Source: Octopus sinensis (Eukaryota). From it: 64,000 bases of DNA. The first letter of the stretch is position 1. Each line of letters begins with the position of its first letter. The notes under the pieces were generated by a model. That model was given only the letters and a program-made list of their open reading frames with translations, did not search any database and was not told where the DNA came from. The stretch is taken from contig NC_043007.1 of NCBI RefSeq assembly GCF_006345805.1, positions 28,520,001-28,584,000 of the forward strand, given 5' to 3'. Positions 61,763-64,000 of this stretch are shown here, piece after piece. A program made the translations under genes and the position numbers.

Positions 61763-62283
61763 TTAAATAAATGAGACAATAAAGCCAAGGCAGTGTGAAA
61801 TTTCTAGAACATTTTACAAAGTGGTCTTACAACTGTTTTCTAGAACATTTTACAAAGTGGTCTTACAACTGTTTTCCATCATCAGAAACGATGAGGAAAT
61901 TAAATAGAAGGAAGTATAAAGGGAAATATGAGAATAAAAAAAAAATATTCTTATATTTCCCTTTTTAATCATATATCTCTCCCTTTCCAAAATAACTTCT
62001 TATATTGAACTCTAAATTTTCCTTCTATTCAACTCTCTCATATTGTCTCTGATGATGGGATAACTTTTATAACCCTGAAACAGCTATACGACTACCTTTC
62101 TCTTTATAAATGTCCTAGGAATTTCACACTACCTTGGCTTTGTTGTCTCATTTTATTTAGCTCACACACAACCCGCATTAGACTCCTCATTCATACTATT
62201 ATCGAACCGGGAGTCTAACAGCAGTTCTTCTATAGCACTTACATAGCCTTAACTGCTTTTGGATCTTATGGATACCAAAACCT
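61763..62283 (-). mobile_element. Composite foldback element, copy 3 (inverted; head module at right)
   Basis: Arms ~61763-61900 and 62000-62160; GTCT-CTGATGA(62049-55)-TGGG...CCCT-GAAAC-AGCT-ATA-CGAC; rc head module 62165-62283. Confidence 0.7.
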
Positions 62284-62379
62284 CTCATATTATTTATATA
62301 TATAATATATATATATATTATATATATATATATATATATATCATCATCATCATCATCATCATATATAGATAGTTAGATA

Positions 62380-63000
62380 GATATACATACATCGGGCGAT
62401 ATGATATGCTTGAGAAGACCTGTTGAATCAAGTAAAACCAATATCATAGCTGTGACCAGTGACCCCCGACTGGCTCCCATGCCAGTGGCATATAAAAAGC
62501 ACCATCCAAATGTGGTCAATGCCAGGTCTGCCTGACTAGCTCCTGTGTCGTGGCATGTAAAAAGCACCATCCGAACATGGCTGATGCCAGTACCCCTTGA
62601 TTGGCTCCCATGCTGGTGGCACATAAAAAGCACTATCTGAATGTGATTCATGCCAGGACCACGTAAAAAACACCATCAGAATGTGGCCAATGCCAGTAAC
62701 CCCTGACTGGTTCCTGTACCGGTGGCACATAAGCAGCACCAACCGAATGTGGCCAATGCCAGTACCCTCTGACTGGCTCCCATGCCGGTGGCATGTAAAA
62801 AGCACTATCTGAACATGATTGATGTCAGGCCTACCTGATGGGCTCCTGTGCCGGTGGCCCATAAAAAGCACCTACTACACTCTCAGAGTGGTCAGTGTTA
62901 GGAAGGGCATCCAGCTGTATTAACTTTTGCAGATCAGATTAGAGCCTGGTGCAGCCACTGGCTCTCCAGACTTCAGTCAAACCATCCAACCCATGCCACA
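62380..63000 (+). mobile_element. RTE-X 3' UTR with internal ~65-bp tandem array
   Basis: Repeated GGCTCCCATGCCAGTGGCATGTAAAAAGCACC-like units then the family tail. Confidence 0.7.
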
Positions 63001-63189
63001 CACACACACGTCCATTTCATGTAGACGTACATACATCTTTCACTTTCTTTCTCTGTTCTTTTTGCTTTATCTTCTTTCGATTTCTGCTCTCTTGAAATAA
63101 AATTTTTATGGATACAACTGCTTACAAAAATAGAGATTAATGCATAATTTCTTTCTATGTTCATAACTTTTTGTTTACAATATTGAGAA

Positions 63190-63830
63190 ATTATGCCACC
63201 AAAGAAAATATGTAATCTCTCCAGAAACAAGTATAAAGCAAGGAGGATTGTAGAAAACTGAAGGTGAGAGTCTGAAGAGAGAAGCTAGATGAGATTTTCT
63301 CAACATCAGCAAATGCATGTTGCATCACTTAATGTTGGATCATTAAATTAATGTTAAGCTCTCAGAAACAGACTACCTACAAATTCGTTCTTCACAACTC
63401 CTGAAGCTCTTTTCAGATATGATCCATCCCATTCTTATAAAAACGATAACTCTGTCCAAATTGGTGTGCTAAACACAAATTATCTTTTTCTGTAGAGCTT
63501 TCAAATTTTCAAATGAAACAAATGGCATGTGCTGCTCATGCGGTCAGGTAAGATTGCCAGCACTACCAGCTCCTTCTCAACCTTTTATGGATCTTCTAGA
63601 AGGCATTTCCATCTAGTCAAAGGATTTTCTGAACAATATCAGACAATACAACTCTGTAAATGACATTGTTTGATGCATCTAAGAAGATAGATAAACATGA
63701 ATTTACGACGACGTCAAAGTTCAAGGGCAAGTCTATCACCTCATTGGTTCCTTGTCACCCACAAATGAACAACCACAGTTTCTCCAAATTTACTTTATGA
63801 GTGATGTAGAAAAAACAAACCCAAAGGAGG
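63190..63830 (+). mobile_element. Helitron RepHel N-terminal fragment (degenerate)
   Basis: GQVRLPALPAPSQPFMDLL...FLNNIRQYNS...KVQGQVYHLIGSLSPTNEQPQFLQIYF, a typical RepHel N-terminal segment. Confidence 0.75.
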
Positions 63831-64000
63831 TGTCATCATTTCAGATGATGAGTTGTGTTAGACACAGCGCCAACTGCTGCAAAAGAGAGTATATCCACTG
63901 ACAGCTTCGCGGTGCATTCAAAAATCACATAACCCCGACAGGTTAGGGCCTGAAATACTCCAAACAGACGCATAGCATGTTGCTTAGTCGAATTGGCCCA

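Noticed and set aside
63850-64000. GC-richer sequence with a TCATCATTTCAGATGATGA hairpin at the right edge
   Set aside because: Truncated by the window end; cannot be classified.

Overview
AT-rich, microsatellite-dense animal genomic DNA. The SINE/LINE families, simple-repeat load and gene content point to a coleoid cephalopod, most likely Octopus; this is inferred from recognised repeat families, not from a search. Three host genes are supported. (1) First coding exon of a calcineurin B homologous protein (CHP1-like) on the minus strand at 1174-1240, continuing off the left edge. (2) Complete three-coding-exon NDUFAF1/CIA30 on the plus strand (4140-4670, 7735-7920, 8859-9083; 313 aa), head-to-head with CHP. 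(3) First three coding exons of an adenylate-kinase-fold (AK5-like) gene on the plus strand (27389-27557, 52571-52734, 58923-59096) with an MGCGLS acylation motif and a degenerate P-loop (GGPGSKKG), continuing off the right edge. The rest is introns and intergenic DNA filled with tRNA-derived SINEs, RTE/RTE-X, R4/Dong-like, Tx1-like, CR1-like and R2/NeSL-like LINE fragments, Tc1/mariner elements (one full-length, 1287 bp), Helitrons, foldback elements and simple repeats. Most notable: TA-flanked foldback elements carrying minimal hammerhead-ribozyme-like motifs (a three-copy family plus a second family), the CHP1-NDUFAF1 adjacency that echoes human 15q15, and the probable pseudo-kinase AK domain. 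Repeat boundaries are read by eye and approximate unless a TSD or terminus is quoted. Most ORFs in the supplied track are repeat artefacts.
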